Source: Mizuhopecten yessoensis (taxonomy: Eukaryota). Taken from it: 64,000 nucleotides of DNA. Below are positions 38,901 through 50,044 of the stretch, in pieces. Location of the stretch: NCBI RefSeq assembly GCF_002113885.1, contig NW_018405595.1, positions 1,653,965 to 1,717,964 of the forward strand. Reading direction: 5' to 3'. The notes beneath the pieces are model-generated. The model ran no database searches. It worked only from the letters and a program-made list of their open reading frames with translations, and was not told the origin of the DNA. The first letter of the stretch is position 1, and the number at the start of each line of letters is the position of its first letter. The translations under genes and the position numbers were made by a program.

Positions 38901-39364
38901 AAAGAATTTTGACATGATTGTGAAAAAGTCTTACTTCAATTAACTAATACTCTACTAATATTCTTATACACATAGAATTCATGATCTTCTAACCCGGAAA
39001 ATCGGATCACGAGTTATAGTTAAGGTTACACTGGGTTTCCATACGTGTTTGACAGATTCTCGATTTTGAGTTGTTTGACAGTGTTTGCTTGTGTAAACCC
39101 CTTTTCGGATCAGCGCTTCAACAACAGAGGAGTGGCATTACGTTTTACCGGCGAGGAGCCGTCCCTGTCGATATCATGTCAGCTAAAATCGTCGTTAACA
39201 ATTGAACGAATTTCATCTCCAGCAAACACGCAGGCATTCACACATAGCGAGGTATTATCCAGGTGGCATAGGACCTGTAGTTAGCGCTTGATAAAGCAGC
39301 TCCTGCGAATTCCTCGAAATTGTATTTATTGAAGTATACGCTAATTGTATAATTGTACATCTAT

Positions 39365-39440
39365 GTACTTTAAAGCTCTTTAGGGTGGTTTATGTTAGCT
39401 AGATAGGGCGCTATATAAAATGTTGTATTTTATTATTATG
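39365..39440 (+). repeat. Short L2-type LINE 3' tail
   Basis: taaagctctttag...atagggcgctatataaaatgttgtattttattattat matches the tail of the L2 relic at 62290-62368. Confidence 0.55.
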
Positions 39441-40170
39441 AACGAATTGATTACATAACTAAGCAGATTTTGCAGCGTATTAACGCGTGGAACATCAAGG
39501 ATTGTGTTTTGCATGCGTGGATAATGTGACTCTGTTCCTGCGCGTGTTGGAATGTTGGACAACGTTTTCATTAGGTTTTTGTCTATTATAGCTGTAGAGC
39601 CATAAAAGGCCACTGCCACGTTGTACTGGACCTTTATTTGACGCCGGTTTATGAAGTTCCTTTATGTCACTAGAGTAGTTCCAAACATAATATTTCCAGA
39701 ATCTGGCTCCGAATTAGAATGATATCTTTTATCTCCAGCAGCTCAACTAATACGTCTTAGGACAATGGGATTTGGAAGAGCTCATTCTCGGCAGATTTAA
39801 ACGTTTGATTGAAGCCGATAATCAGTCTTAATGTCAGTGAATAAAGCAGTAAGAATTATGGATACTTAAAGTGTGTGGGTAAACCAAACAAAGGGTAAAC
39901 AATTACAGGTTATACTCTTAAAACTATAAAATGAATCAAGCACGTGCACAATGACGTCTGTTTTAAAGAAAATTAACTGAATTATAATAACGAATTGATG
40001 ATTTCAAAATATCGCAATTTGATGATTATTGCAAACATAGATAGCACATACACGCATACAAAAGATACGAATTGTTTATTTATAACGTTAACTTGTTAAA
40101 TGGGTTCTGTACCTAGTTCACCCGTTGCCACTATAATGGAACTGGACAGATTGCTGTGCTGGGTGCCTTT

Positions 40171-43100
40171 TTTATTTCATCATATTTTATTGAGTAAACA
40201 ATAGGATTGAACAGCAGGCTAGGCCTATATAAGTTCTCTCCTTAGGTTGACATGACAAAGACAAAGATGAATGAAATGGTTTGTAAGAAAATATTGATGC
40301 AAATCATATATAATAGGTAGCATAGACATATATAGCAGATGGTATAGGGGAGATAATTCCATGTATGTTTCAATTACATATAAATATTTAATTGATATTT
40401 TTAGCTATACAATGCTCATATTAAAAAGTCAGTCATAATTAATTAGTAATAGGAAAGCAATGCCCTAATGATATATTAAACAGAGAAATTGCTACAATTG
40501 TTTTTTTGTTTTTTGTTTTGCAAGTCATTAGTGCCCCCTGTTCATACCCTGCTGCTGTTGCATGAAGTAGTTAGAAGTATAGAACCATTTAGTATCAATA
40601 TATATATCATTGGTAGGAGTGATAAAAAGTAAGGGATACAACAACATCAAAATATGAAAAAATAAAATGAGGCAATTCAGCTAGAAGATTTTGATAATGT
40701 AGTATATGTGTAAGATGTATTGCCAGTGTTCTATGTGTAAATCTTTCATCCCATCGAGTTTCAGACAAAAAGTCTCTAACGGCCTTTACCGTTCACATAT
40801 CATCCACTCGAGAAGAATCCAGATTAAACCACAGAACACTAAGCATTCAAACTTAGCACATTTATGTTTTACTTTATTGCACCCATCAGTAAAAACAGCT
40901 TACAAAGCTTAATCCCTTAGGTGTATAATATTAAAACATCAATGTAAATATAACAATCAGTAGAATCACATAATGGTTTAAGGACAGTAATTTTATCATT
41001 TATGACTATATATAACAAAATTTATAGATTGTTTTAATTAGTTAAACAAGTCTTCTTGTGTTGTATATATATTTTAGAACACTATCAAGTATAGATTTAT
41101 TTTCAGTATTGTTTAACACAGTGCTTCCATTAAGAAGTGTTTTAGTATCAAGATTAACCGGACACACTTCAAAAATCTCATTTATTAAAGTTTGTCTCTC
41201 ATTAGTATACATTGGACATTGTGAAAGATAATGTGTAGCAGTTTCATAAGCATCACCACACAGACAAGATGGAGACTCTTTCAAGTGATCTTTGAATAGA
41301 TCATAGTTCAGGTTACTCGCCTCATTTCTCAGTTGACATAGGATTATGTTATCCTTTCTGCTTTCACAATTTTTAAATACATCCGAGATATCATTATTAC
41401 AACATATTTTATTATACACCTTGGCCTTAAATTTATTAAGAGTAGGGGAATGTACTATATCATTTTCAAGTCCATTGAACTTGTTGCACATTACTGGGAA
41501 GAAGCTTTTAGCATAGGATTCTGTACGACATAGTGGTGGGTTAAACATTCTTACATTTCTTAGAGTATACCTATCATTTTCTGGGTTATGAGTAAGAGGA
41601 TCAATTATGTCATGGAGGTATGTGGGTGATAAATTGTTAGTTATTTTATACATCTGAGTTAGCTTATGGTTCATCCTTCGATCAGACAGGGATTCCCAAC
41701 CTAGTTCTTTATATAGAGTTTGGTGTGATGTACCTTTCCTTAGACCTGTGATAATCCTTGCAGCTTCTAGTTGTACAGATTCTAATAAATTTTTAAGATT
41801 GTCAGAGCAGTTGTCCCAGACAATATCTGCATATTCAAGCACTGGGCGGATAAATGTTGTATATATTTTGCATAGTGATTTCCTATCAATCTTATATTTC
41901 AGATACCTAAGTATTGTTATTCTTTTACTAGCCTTTTCATATATTAATTGAACATGGGTAGACCAAGTGCCATCTTCAGAAAAAGTTAATCCAAGATGTT
42001 TGTGATCATGGGCATTATCTACACAAGTATTAGAGAAATTAATTAGAGGATGGATAGGTTCTTTTTTTCTAGAAAAAATTAATGATTTGGTTTTAGAGGG
42101 GTTAAATTTAATGTCCCATGTACTAGCCCAGTTGTTAATTCTATCTAGGTCTTGGTTAAGATAATCTGCTGCTAGTTGTGGGTTTTCGTCTACGATGACA
42201 TATAATGATGTATCGTCTGCAAACAGCTTAATGTTACTCTGGACTATATCAGTGATGTCATTAATGTATAATAGAAATAAAAAAGGACCGAGAACTGATC
42301 CCTGAGGAACACCGGCATTAACAACCCTAAAAGTAGAAAAATGACCTTCAGATAGAACTCTCTGCTTTCTATCTTCAAGATAATTCTCAAACCAGTTAAA
42401 AACATTGCCCGATATACCATATGCTTTTAGTTTATGTAGTAACCCTTTGTGCCAAACTCTATCAAAGGCCTTGCTGATGTCGCAGAATACAAACCTTAGT
42501 TCTTTCCCTTTATCCAGGTTGCTAATTATGGTGTGGTATATAGAGAGAAGTTGGTTTACTGTTGAATCACCTGGTTTAAAACCTGATTGGTCCTTGGAAA
42601 GTATATTATTAGTTGTTAAATAGTTATATAAATATTTGAATATAATTTTTTCTAGGATTTTACTAAAACATGATGTTACAGATATTGGTCGATAATTGGA
42701 ATAATTATTTTTTAAACCATTCCCTTTGTATACAGCACTAACATTAGCCATCTTCCATGGCCCAGGTATGCACCCGTTAGATATAGTTTTGTTAAATAAA
42801 ATTGTAAGTGGGAGTATTAAGGAAGGTTTTAACTTTTTTATGACTTTAGGTAATATGCCATCAGGTCCTGCTGGTTTATTTTCATTTAATATAGTAATTT
42901 GATCATCAACATCTTGCTCAGAGATTATTATGTTTTCTAACTTTGATAGAGTGGAAATATCTAATACTGGAGGTTCAGCAAGTGTATCTGATGTTGTGGC
43001 TATAGAAGTAAAATAGTCATTAAGGGCTTCAGCTTTATCAGTTGGATGTTGAATCAGTGTATTATTAACATTCAATGGTGGAATCGGTTCAGTTTTATTG

Positions 43101-45256
43101 TTAAAATTAGTTATGGATTTAGCAATTTTCCACCATTTATTAGGGGGCAAAGATTTAGTACTTAGAGACTTTTGAAGTTTATCAAGATAATAATGTTTTG
43201 CATCTCTTACCTGATTAATAACAGCATTCCTTATTTGCTTATATTTATTCCAATGCTCTATTTTGTCAGTATGTCTGGCTTTCTTATGTATCCTATTTCT
43301 TTGTCTCATCTTTAGCCTAATATTGGTATTCATCCATGGCTTGTCATCAGGTCGGATTGTAATAGTTTTACTAGGAATATATTTTGTCATCAGGTCAGTA
43401 ATAGATTTAGTTAAAAACATACTAAATTCTTGGGTATCCATATCAGCAGCAATTAAGTTCCAGTCAATAACATTTAGTTCGTCATTCATAATATTATAGT
43501 CAGTATTGTTATACATCCATACAGTCTTTTTGTATGCTTTATGTTTGAAGATAGCATAACAAACTTCCATATATATAGGGGAGTGGTCACTACAGAAAGC
43601 AGGGTCAACATGAGTATTTTTCACTATGGAAGGATTATTTGTAAAGACAACATCTATAGAGGTTGCACTATCAGGTGTCACTCTAGTAGGTTTATTAATA
43701 ATACTTTTTAGGTTGAATTTAGTTAAGAGTCTAGATAAGTGAGAAGTGGGTGGGGTTCTTAGCATATCAACATTTAAGTCACCAGTAATTAGTATATCCA
43801 TGGAAGTTTCACTAGCTTTATCAAGGATTTGTTCAAATTTACTCCAGTATTCTATATTAGAATCAGGTCTATATATACATCCAAGCAGAAATTTATGATT
43901 TTGGATTAAGACTTCTATCCAAATCATTTCTATATGTTCATTTTCAAGATCATGTCTACGTTTAGTAAGAATATTGTTTTTATGATAGATAATAACACCA
44001 CCACCATGCCCTGTTGTCCTATCTTTTCTATGAATTTCATCTGAGAATGACTCTAATTTAATATCAGAATTTGGGATTAGAGGGTTAAGGTGTGATTCAG
44101 TTATACATATTATGTCACTATCATGTAGTTGTGCTTCAATAACATCTATTTTATTTCTTATGGATCTAACATTAAGATGAACTATTTCTACATTCTGGAG
44201 TGGACCTGGATTCAGTTCAACATCCATACATTTAATCAGCAGTGTTTGCAGAAGTATTTGTAGATATGAGTTATTGTTGAATATTTTAGAATAAATGTAT
44301 ATAAATTGAATAGAAATACTGCATGGCCAAGTCATATGCCCTCGTAAGATGGATGTCCTATTCACAACAGATGAAAAAAGAATTTTAACCATTATCGTAA
44401 ACAGTCAGTTTAGTGGGACATCCACGCTTAATAAGGGTTCGGGCAATACAACTAGCAGCAAAGCATGAGCATGGGCAGGGACTTGCAATGTATAGATCGT
44501 TGCTTAAACATATAATAGCATCAATATTAACAACAAACACAACAAACAAACTAAAATACAAATACATAAGAGGCATAATTCACACTTACAAGTTACATGC
44601 ATCGTGGAATCAACCGCTTTGAAAAATATATATATAATCATATTTACAAAACGCTTGTACAGCTTAGTATGTGTGCAATTAAACACAAGCACTTGAGTGA
44701 ACACGAATACGGTACGCTTACTATTAGATGGTCTGGGCGATAGCTAATTATATGTTCCTAGACGGACATCCTCAGGTACAAAATATGCCAAAGTGCATCA
44801 AGGTAAAAACCAAACCGGTACAGCACTTAAATTACAGGGAATTAACAGTATGGTACTAGACACGTGTTGACATGTAGTCCACATGGATTATACATTTGGA
44901 ACACTATTGCCTAAACATTACAGGTACGTGAAATAGTAGATAAGTATAAGGTCAGAGTAGGTTGACAAGATAATACAGAATTAAACAATGGTATTGAGAT
45001 AGTAGCACTGGGTTATTATTGAGATTTTACCGTATTATGTGAACTGTATATGCTAGACACTATCCACTACGTATACTGGCCATGAATGTTCACCAAGCAA
45101 GCAAAAAAAATAAAAAAAAATAAAAATATTTTTTTTTAGAAAATATGGATCTATAAAAATATATATAATTCAATTAATGTTTTGACAGGTTATACTAGCT
45201 CAAACACAATAAAATTATTTAATGTACATCATTACACAGCAAATAGTTGTTGTACA
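40171..45256 (-). mobile_element. CR1-type LINE, ~5.1 kb, intact ORF2, no ORF1 seen (5'-truncated or single-ORF)
   Basis: TSD TGGGTGCCTTT at 40160-40170 and 45257-45267. Minus-strand 3' end with AATAAA and an A-rich tail. About 870 bp of 3' UTR and about 860 bp of AT-rich 5' region. Confidence 0.9.
41042..44392 (-). CDS. LINE ORF2: 2A-like peptide + APE endonuclease + reverse transcriptase + C-terminal CCHC, 1116 aa
   Basis: DVELNPGP. APE motifs HLNVRS, ITESHL, GDLN, SDH. RT motifs NYRPIS, FCDISKAFD, GVPQGSVLGP, LFADD, HLGL. CLCG...ETATHYLSQC. No stops or frameshifts. Confidence 0.97.
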   Translation of the reverse strand: MVKILFSSVVNRTSILRGHMTWPCSISIQFIYIYSKIFNNNSYLQILLQTLLIKCMDVELNPGPLQNVEIVHLNVRSIRNKIDVIEAQLHDSDIICITESHLNPLIPNSDIKLESFSDEIHRKDRTTGHGGGVIIYHKNNILTKRRHDLENEHIEMIWIEVLIQNHKFLLGCIYRPDSNIEYWSKFEQILDKASETSMDILITGDLNVDMLRTPPTSHLSRLLTKFNLKSIINKPTRVTPDSATSIDVVFTNNPSIVKNTHVDPAFCSDHSPIYMEVCYAIFKHKAYKKTVWMYNNTDYNIMNDELNVIDWNLIAADMDTQEFSMFLTKSITDLMTKYIPSKTITIRPDDKPWMNTNIRLKMRQRNRIHKKARHTDKIEHWNKYKQIRNAVINQVRDAKHYYLDKLQKSLSTKSLPPNKWWKIAKSITNFNNKTEPIPPLNVNNTLIQHPTDKAEALNDYFTSIATTSDTLAEPPVLDISTLSKLENIIISEQDVDDQITILNENKPAGPDGILPKVIKKLKPSLILPLTILFNKTISNGCIPGPWKMANVSAVYKGNGLKNNYSNYRPISVTSCFSKILEKIIFKYLYNYLTTNNILSKDQSGFKPGDSTVNQLLSIYHTIISNLDKGKELRFVFCDISKAFDRVWHKGLLHKLKAYGISGNVFNWFENYLEDRKQRVLSEGHFSTFRVVNAGVPQGSVLGPFLFLLYINDITDIVQSNIKLFADDTSLYVIVDENPQLAADYLNQDLDRINNWASTWDIKFNPSKTKSLIFSRKKEPIHPLINFSNTCVDNAHDHKHLGLTFSEDGTWSTHVQLIYEKASKRITILRYLKYKIDRKSLCKIYTTFIRPVLEYADIVWDNCSDNLKNLLESVQLEAARIITGLRKGTSHQTLYKELGWESLSDRRMNHKLTQMYKITNNLSPTYLHDIIDPLTHNPENDRYTLRNVRMFNPPLCRTESYAKSFFPVMCNKFNGLENDIVHSPTLNKFKAKVYNKICCNNDISDVFKNCESRKDNIILCQLRNEASNLNYDLFKDHLKESPSCLCGDAYETATHYLSQCPMYTNERQTLINEIFEVCPVNLDTKTLLNGSTVLNNTENKSILDSVLKYIYNTRRLV

Positions 45257-45465
45257 TGGGTGCCTTTGGCATGGTATTTCAGTGTGATACATTTGTAGCA
45301 CTTTAAAATCGACTGTCGCAAGGAGGCAAACGCATCAACATACGCTGTCTCCGGCACACATACACACACTCACACATACACACACTCACACATACACACA
45401 CTCACGCATACACTACACACATAGAGGCACGTCCTTAAATGGCCTTAGCTGTTAATAGACATTCC
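45257..45465 (+). mobile_element. 3' half of a SINE interrupted by the LINE (5' part ~40095-40170), containing a CA-rich microsatellite
   Basis: ggcatggtatttcagtgtg...agcact, then (cacacatacacacactca)n, then catagaggcacgtccttaaatggccttagctgttaatag. The latter is matched in inverted orientation at ~46322-46372. Confidence 0.6.
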
Positions 45466-46299
45466 TCATTTTAAGGCAGACCTACCACGGAGACAGAGAC
45501 GGACGACGAGAGTAGTAAAATCAGGGAACATCTCAAAATTAATTTTCATTTCATCTGTATTAAGGATTCCTGTCCCCTACTTGCGACAAAACATAAGAGA
45601 ACGGTCTTTTAATGCTCCTTACCTACAGTAACATTCCCTGATTTTCATTACCTGTACAACTGATAAACTTCTCTTGGTCTACCTCACCTTACTGGGTTGT
45701 TTTTTCTGATTTTTTTTAAAACTATTATTATGGTTTATACTGAAAACAAATACTCGGTGCATGCTAGAGTTGATCGCAGTAGTATAGAAATCAGAAAATT
45801 CACTTTCGTGAAATGATGTCTGGGGTTTTTTCGAGTACGTTTTTATAATTTGATGATTAACCATTCTTAATAAACCTAATGGTCCTTTCCTGTACCTTTT
45901 CCATTTACTGGGTGTTTATCACATAACACAGTATGTGGAAAGTTGTTTAAGTTCATATGCTTGCAGTTTCCTAGCAACAAACCATGATTGGTGGGTGTCA
46001 AACCCTTTGACAATTCCATTAGTATTACTCGAACATGTTTGGGTTTTTGTATAATTTAATCATTTGATGGGCTTTCATGTTTGAAATTGTAGAAAAATAA
46101 CTTATTATTTCGGCCATAGTTTTTCTTTTTTCTCTCCAGAGTATATGTTTTGAAAACCTGAATAACTTTTAAATAAATACACAATCGTTCACTTGATGTG
46201 TCACAACAAGCTGTCAACATTTTGGCTTTTAAACAACAAATATTATTTTTTTAACGGAAATTCTTTAAGTAAATGTTCAATGTCCCAGTCATATCATCA

Positions 46300-46392
46300 G
46301 GGTTTAGGTTTGGTTTTATTTTGTTTAACTTCCTATCAACAGCTAAGGTCATTTACGGACGTGCCTCTATGTATGTTGTGTATGCATGCGTG
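46300..46392 (-). mobile_element. SINE 3' fragment of the same family
   Basis: Reverse complement reads catagaggcacgtccgtaaatgaccttagctgttgataggaagttaaacaaaataaaaccaaacc. Confidence 0.6.
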
Positions 46393-46980
46393 ATCATATA
46401 ACGTCATATAACGAGATAGGCTGTTACTATACAGCGGTTGTAACGAGATAAAAACAAATCCGCTACAAAATCTATTCTTGTTCTCTTCTTTTCCTCTGAA
46501 ACCCCTAGATCACCTATAACAAGATACGATTTTCAAGTCCCTGTGTATGCAATCCATTCATTTTGGCCGATGTGTATTGAAGGGTCACTCAAGTAAGTTT
46601 TCTCTCAGGCTAATCTTGAAACATCACGTTGACATAACACACATACTTGTCACTATTCATAAAGACATGTATAGGGCTAGTTTTTGCGAGTGTGAGTAGG
46701 ATTTACCGACACTGAATGTATTCCTCATGGCTTCTGCATCGTCATCTGATATTTGTCAGCCATGAATAATGATGATTATGGACATAGATGGCAGTACAGC
46801 ATTTTGTGAGTATATTGTTTCCCTATAGAATAAAAAAGGTTACAACAGAATAAGTTAGTTGTTATGATGTTTGTGCATGCCTTCTGTTGTTTGTGTATGT
46901 TGTCTGTTGTTTGTGTATGTTTTCCATTGTGCTGTATTTGGTGCTTGTTTTGAATTCTTGGAGTGTTGTGCATCTATTGT

Positions 46981-47083
46981 GTAATGATGTTTGGAAGGAA
47001 ATTCCATTTAGTGATAATGTTTGGAAGGAGATTCCATTAAGTGAAGATGTTTGGAAGGAGGTACCATTGAGTGATGATGTTTG
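46981..47083. repeat. 30-bp tandem repeat, ~3.4 copies
   Basis: gtgatgatgtttggaaggaxattccattxa units. Confidence 0.85.
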
Positions 47084-47099
47084 AGAAGATTAGGTAATT

Positions 47100-47290
47100 G
47101 TATGAGTCGTTAGATGAGTTGATGTGTCTGTAATAAATGCAGTGTCCGTTTCGTGCTCCGGGGTCTACCTATGCTGTCATCTGCGAATAATCTAAGTGTG
47201 CTCAGTTTTTTGTATTCTGCAATTTATTGATGTGTTTGAGGGAGAGGCCTTGGTCCAAACAGGTTCCTTGGAGCACTCGATATGTTTAGG
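47100..47290 (-). pseudogene. Highly decayed LINE reverse transcriptase fragment
   Basis: Minus strand gives TLRLFADDSI (47171-47200), preceded by a degenerate QGTxLGP-like segment (ccaaggaacctgtttggacca). Confidence 0.55.
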
Positions 47291-48339
47291 TAAATATGTT
47301 AACCTGCAAGTACTACCTGTTTTGGGTGCGTTGTTTTCGAAAGTCTGTGATCCAGATGAATCATAATGCATATACAACATTAATATGATAGTTTGTACTG
47401 TAAGCATTTGCAAGTGACCTTGTCAAAGTATTTGGGAAAATGGCGACACTTTTTCAGAGTTGGCGACACAATTTTTACCTACATTACAATGATTAAAATC
47501 GGTAATCTGTGGTCATGACTGCTGATTTAGCGACAAACACCAGCTGGGTACAGGGTAGAGGTAAACATTTTACAGGAAAGGTGACCGGAGGGCATAACCA
47601 CTTATGCATCTGCTAATAATACACATGAAAAAAGGAACAATTATAATTATAATGGATTAGTTCTTGATAAATATTTTTATCTAAAAAATACAGTAAAAGT
47701 CGTGTGCGCGAAGGATATTGGCGACAGTCTGTTTGTTTGTTTGTTTGTTTGAGGTCCTATAAGAATAAGTTTTGTTTCACAGTATCTTGAGGACCAAAAT
47801 CCGTACTGTAGGTCGTGTAGGTTTTGTTATCTTATATGTGATTCATGGTTGCGCTTGTGATTTATTCACATGAGATGCATGTGAGTGGTATAAGTCTGTA
47901 CCTTGATACGTTTCATTGTCTCCATTTTAAATGGGGTTCACATTTGTATGTTTCCAGTTTTTTGTTAGTGATACTATGTCCAGTGATTTTGTGAGTATCT
48001 GAGTGTCAGTGCAGTGATGTCTGAGGTGTTTTAGTGTGTATTCTGTCACGTATTTGATCCGGTCCAGTCGCTTTGTGCGAGTGTGTGTTGTTCAGTACTT
48101 TGATACCTCTTTATATGTTATGTGTATGTGTAGCAAGGGTGGGTCGAGTGATATACCTTAGTCTGGTATTATTATGTTATTTTTTTTCTATTGTGAAGTC
48201 TTCCTGGATTTGTTCTTTAAATATGTTAACTTTTGTCTTAGGATATATTATAAGTTTGGTCTTTCTTTCGTATGGTTGTGATATCTGTTTTCTTTTGATT
48301 GGTTTTATTAAAATGAGAAGAGTTTTTCTCAATCAATTC

Positions 48340-48673
48340 TACAGGGAATGGCAAGATGACATGAAACAAAATCACTTTCATTTTAAGGAGCTGATTCCAA
48401 TCACAGTGGCGCTAAAAGTTTTGGGAAGTCTGCCAACAAATAAGTCAGACCTGCTCTTTTCGGACAATCAAACAGTAGTATCTATTATAAACAAACAGAC
48501 ATCTCCCAACCCTGACATGATGGTGTTAGTGCGTAGGCTAGTCATAGGTGCTCTGTAATTCAACATACGTTTCCATGCAAAACATATTCCGGGTAAAGAA
48601 AATGTCCTGGCTGATTACCTGTCTCGTTCGCAGGTCCCATAGTTTCGTGTGGCGGCTCCGCATATGGACAAGC
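48340..48673 (+). repeat. Inverted duplicate of the element's RNase H segment (partner 49319-49652)
   Basis: YREWQDDMKQ..KEL.PITVALKVLGSL...SDNQTVVSII is encoded on both strands. The arms are ~334 bp and near-identical, with scattered substitutions. Confidence 0.9.
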
Positions 48674-49853
48674 GGATTCAACTTGTTGTGTTTGAAGTGA
48701 TAATGTCACCGGGGTGGTATTGTAGTGCCCTTTAAACGAGTCAAAAACTATATCAAGCCGTGAAGGATAACGTTTTCCCTGTCGGAAGAACCGTAAATTA
48801 GGTATTTTGAGAATGTTCTGGGGCTATTTCCCCAATTTGAAGAAATGCATGAAATGCGAGTAGAAACATTGACTTAAACAACAGGTTGTCATAATGTGAA
48901 GTGCATATTTTGTCCAATGCTAGTAGCAGCTGGTGTAGGATTGGCTTAGTAATGGGTTTTCGGAAATCTGGTTTATTACCCAATTTTTGTAAACCTACCA
49001 ACATTTTTCGAACTATGAAAAATTGATTGGATCTGTGTAACCACAAAGCTTATGCACATATGATATGGCTGACCTATAGCTGGTAATAGTAGAAGGTGCA
49101 AGGTGTTGTTCAGACAAATGAGCAATAAACATGACTAAGGTATTCACGTCTATGGGCAGACAGCACTCCGTATGCAGAACTGATTGGATAAAATGTGACA
49201 ATGATACAAAAACTCTATGGTTCATCTGTTGTGAGCTAGGTGTTAACGCTAGAATTGACAAGCTGTAGAACTTAGATTTTCTAAATATGTAACAGATTGT
49301 CTGCCAGTTGTGTAGGGAGCTTGTCCATATGCGGAGCCGCCACACGAAACTATGGGACCTGCAAACGAGACAGGTAATCAGAGAGGACATTTTCTTTACC
49401 CGGAATATGTTTTGCATGGAAACGTATGTTGAATTGCAGAGCACCTATGACTAGCCTACGCAATAGCACCATCATGTCAGGGTTGGGAGATGTCTGTTAT
49501 TTTATGATAGATACTACTGTTTGATTGTCCGAAAAGAACAGTTCTGACTTATTTGTTAGCAGACTTCCCAAAACTTTTAGCGCCACTGTGATTGGAAACA
49601 GCTCCTTAACATTAATGTGATATTGTTTCATGTCATCTTGCCATTCCCTATATAACCAGTGACATCCAAGTATAGCACCAAACCCACCATTACTTGCATC
49701 TGTGAACATAGTTTTTCTGAAGTTTCCAAGAGATTGGGTAAAAACATGATTGAATTGTTAAAGGTTTTGATAAATATCTGCCAAACCTCTAAATCAGCAT
49801 TAGCTACTTTGTTCAACCTGATATGATGGTGAGGATTTGACAGCCCTCTTGTT

Positions 49854-50044
49854 CAATTTCAATACATTTTATTGTCAAAGGACAAATGGATTGGGCAGCA
49901 GGCATAGCCTATTTAAGCCCTTTCCAAACATAGTAACAGACAGTGGTACAAGCATAGACATAGACATTAGAACACATATAAACACATATAAACAAGTTGG
50001 TATTATCAAATTAATAATTAAATTAGGGGAAACAGCTACTAATA
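49854..50044 (-). mobile_element. 5'-truncated CR1-type LINE tail inserted into the DIRS pol gene
   Basis: TSD CTCTTGTT (49846-49853; 50045-50052). Removing the insert restores RRLIDLTRGLSNPHHHIRLNK. The tail resembles that of the 40171 LINE. Confidence 0.85.

Noticed and set aside
48073-48558. 161-aa membrane protein ORF
   Set aside because: A chance fusion of T-rich non-coding sequence with the inverted RNase H duplicate.
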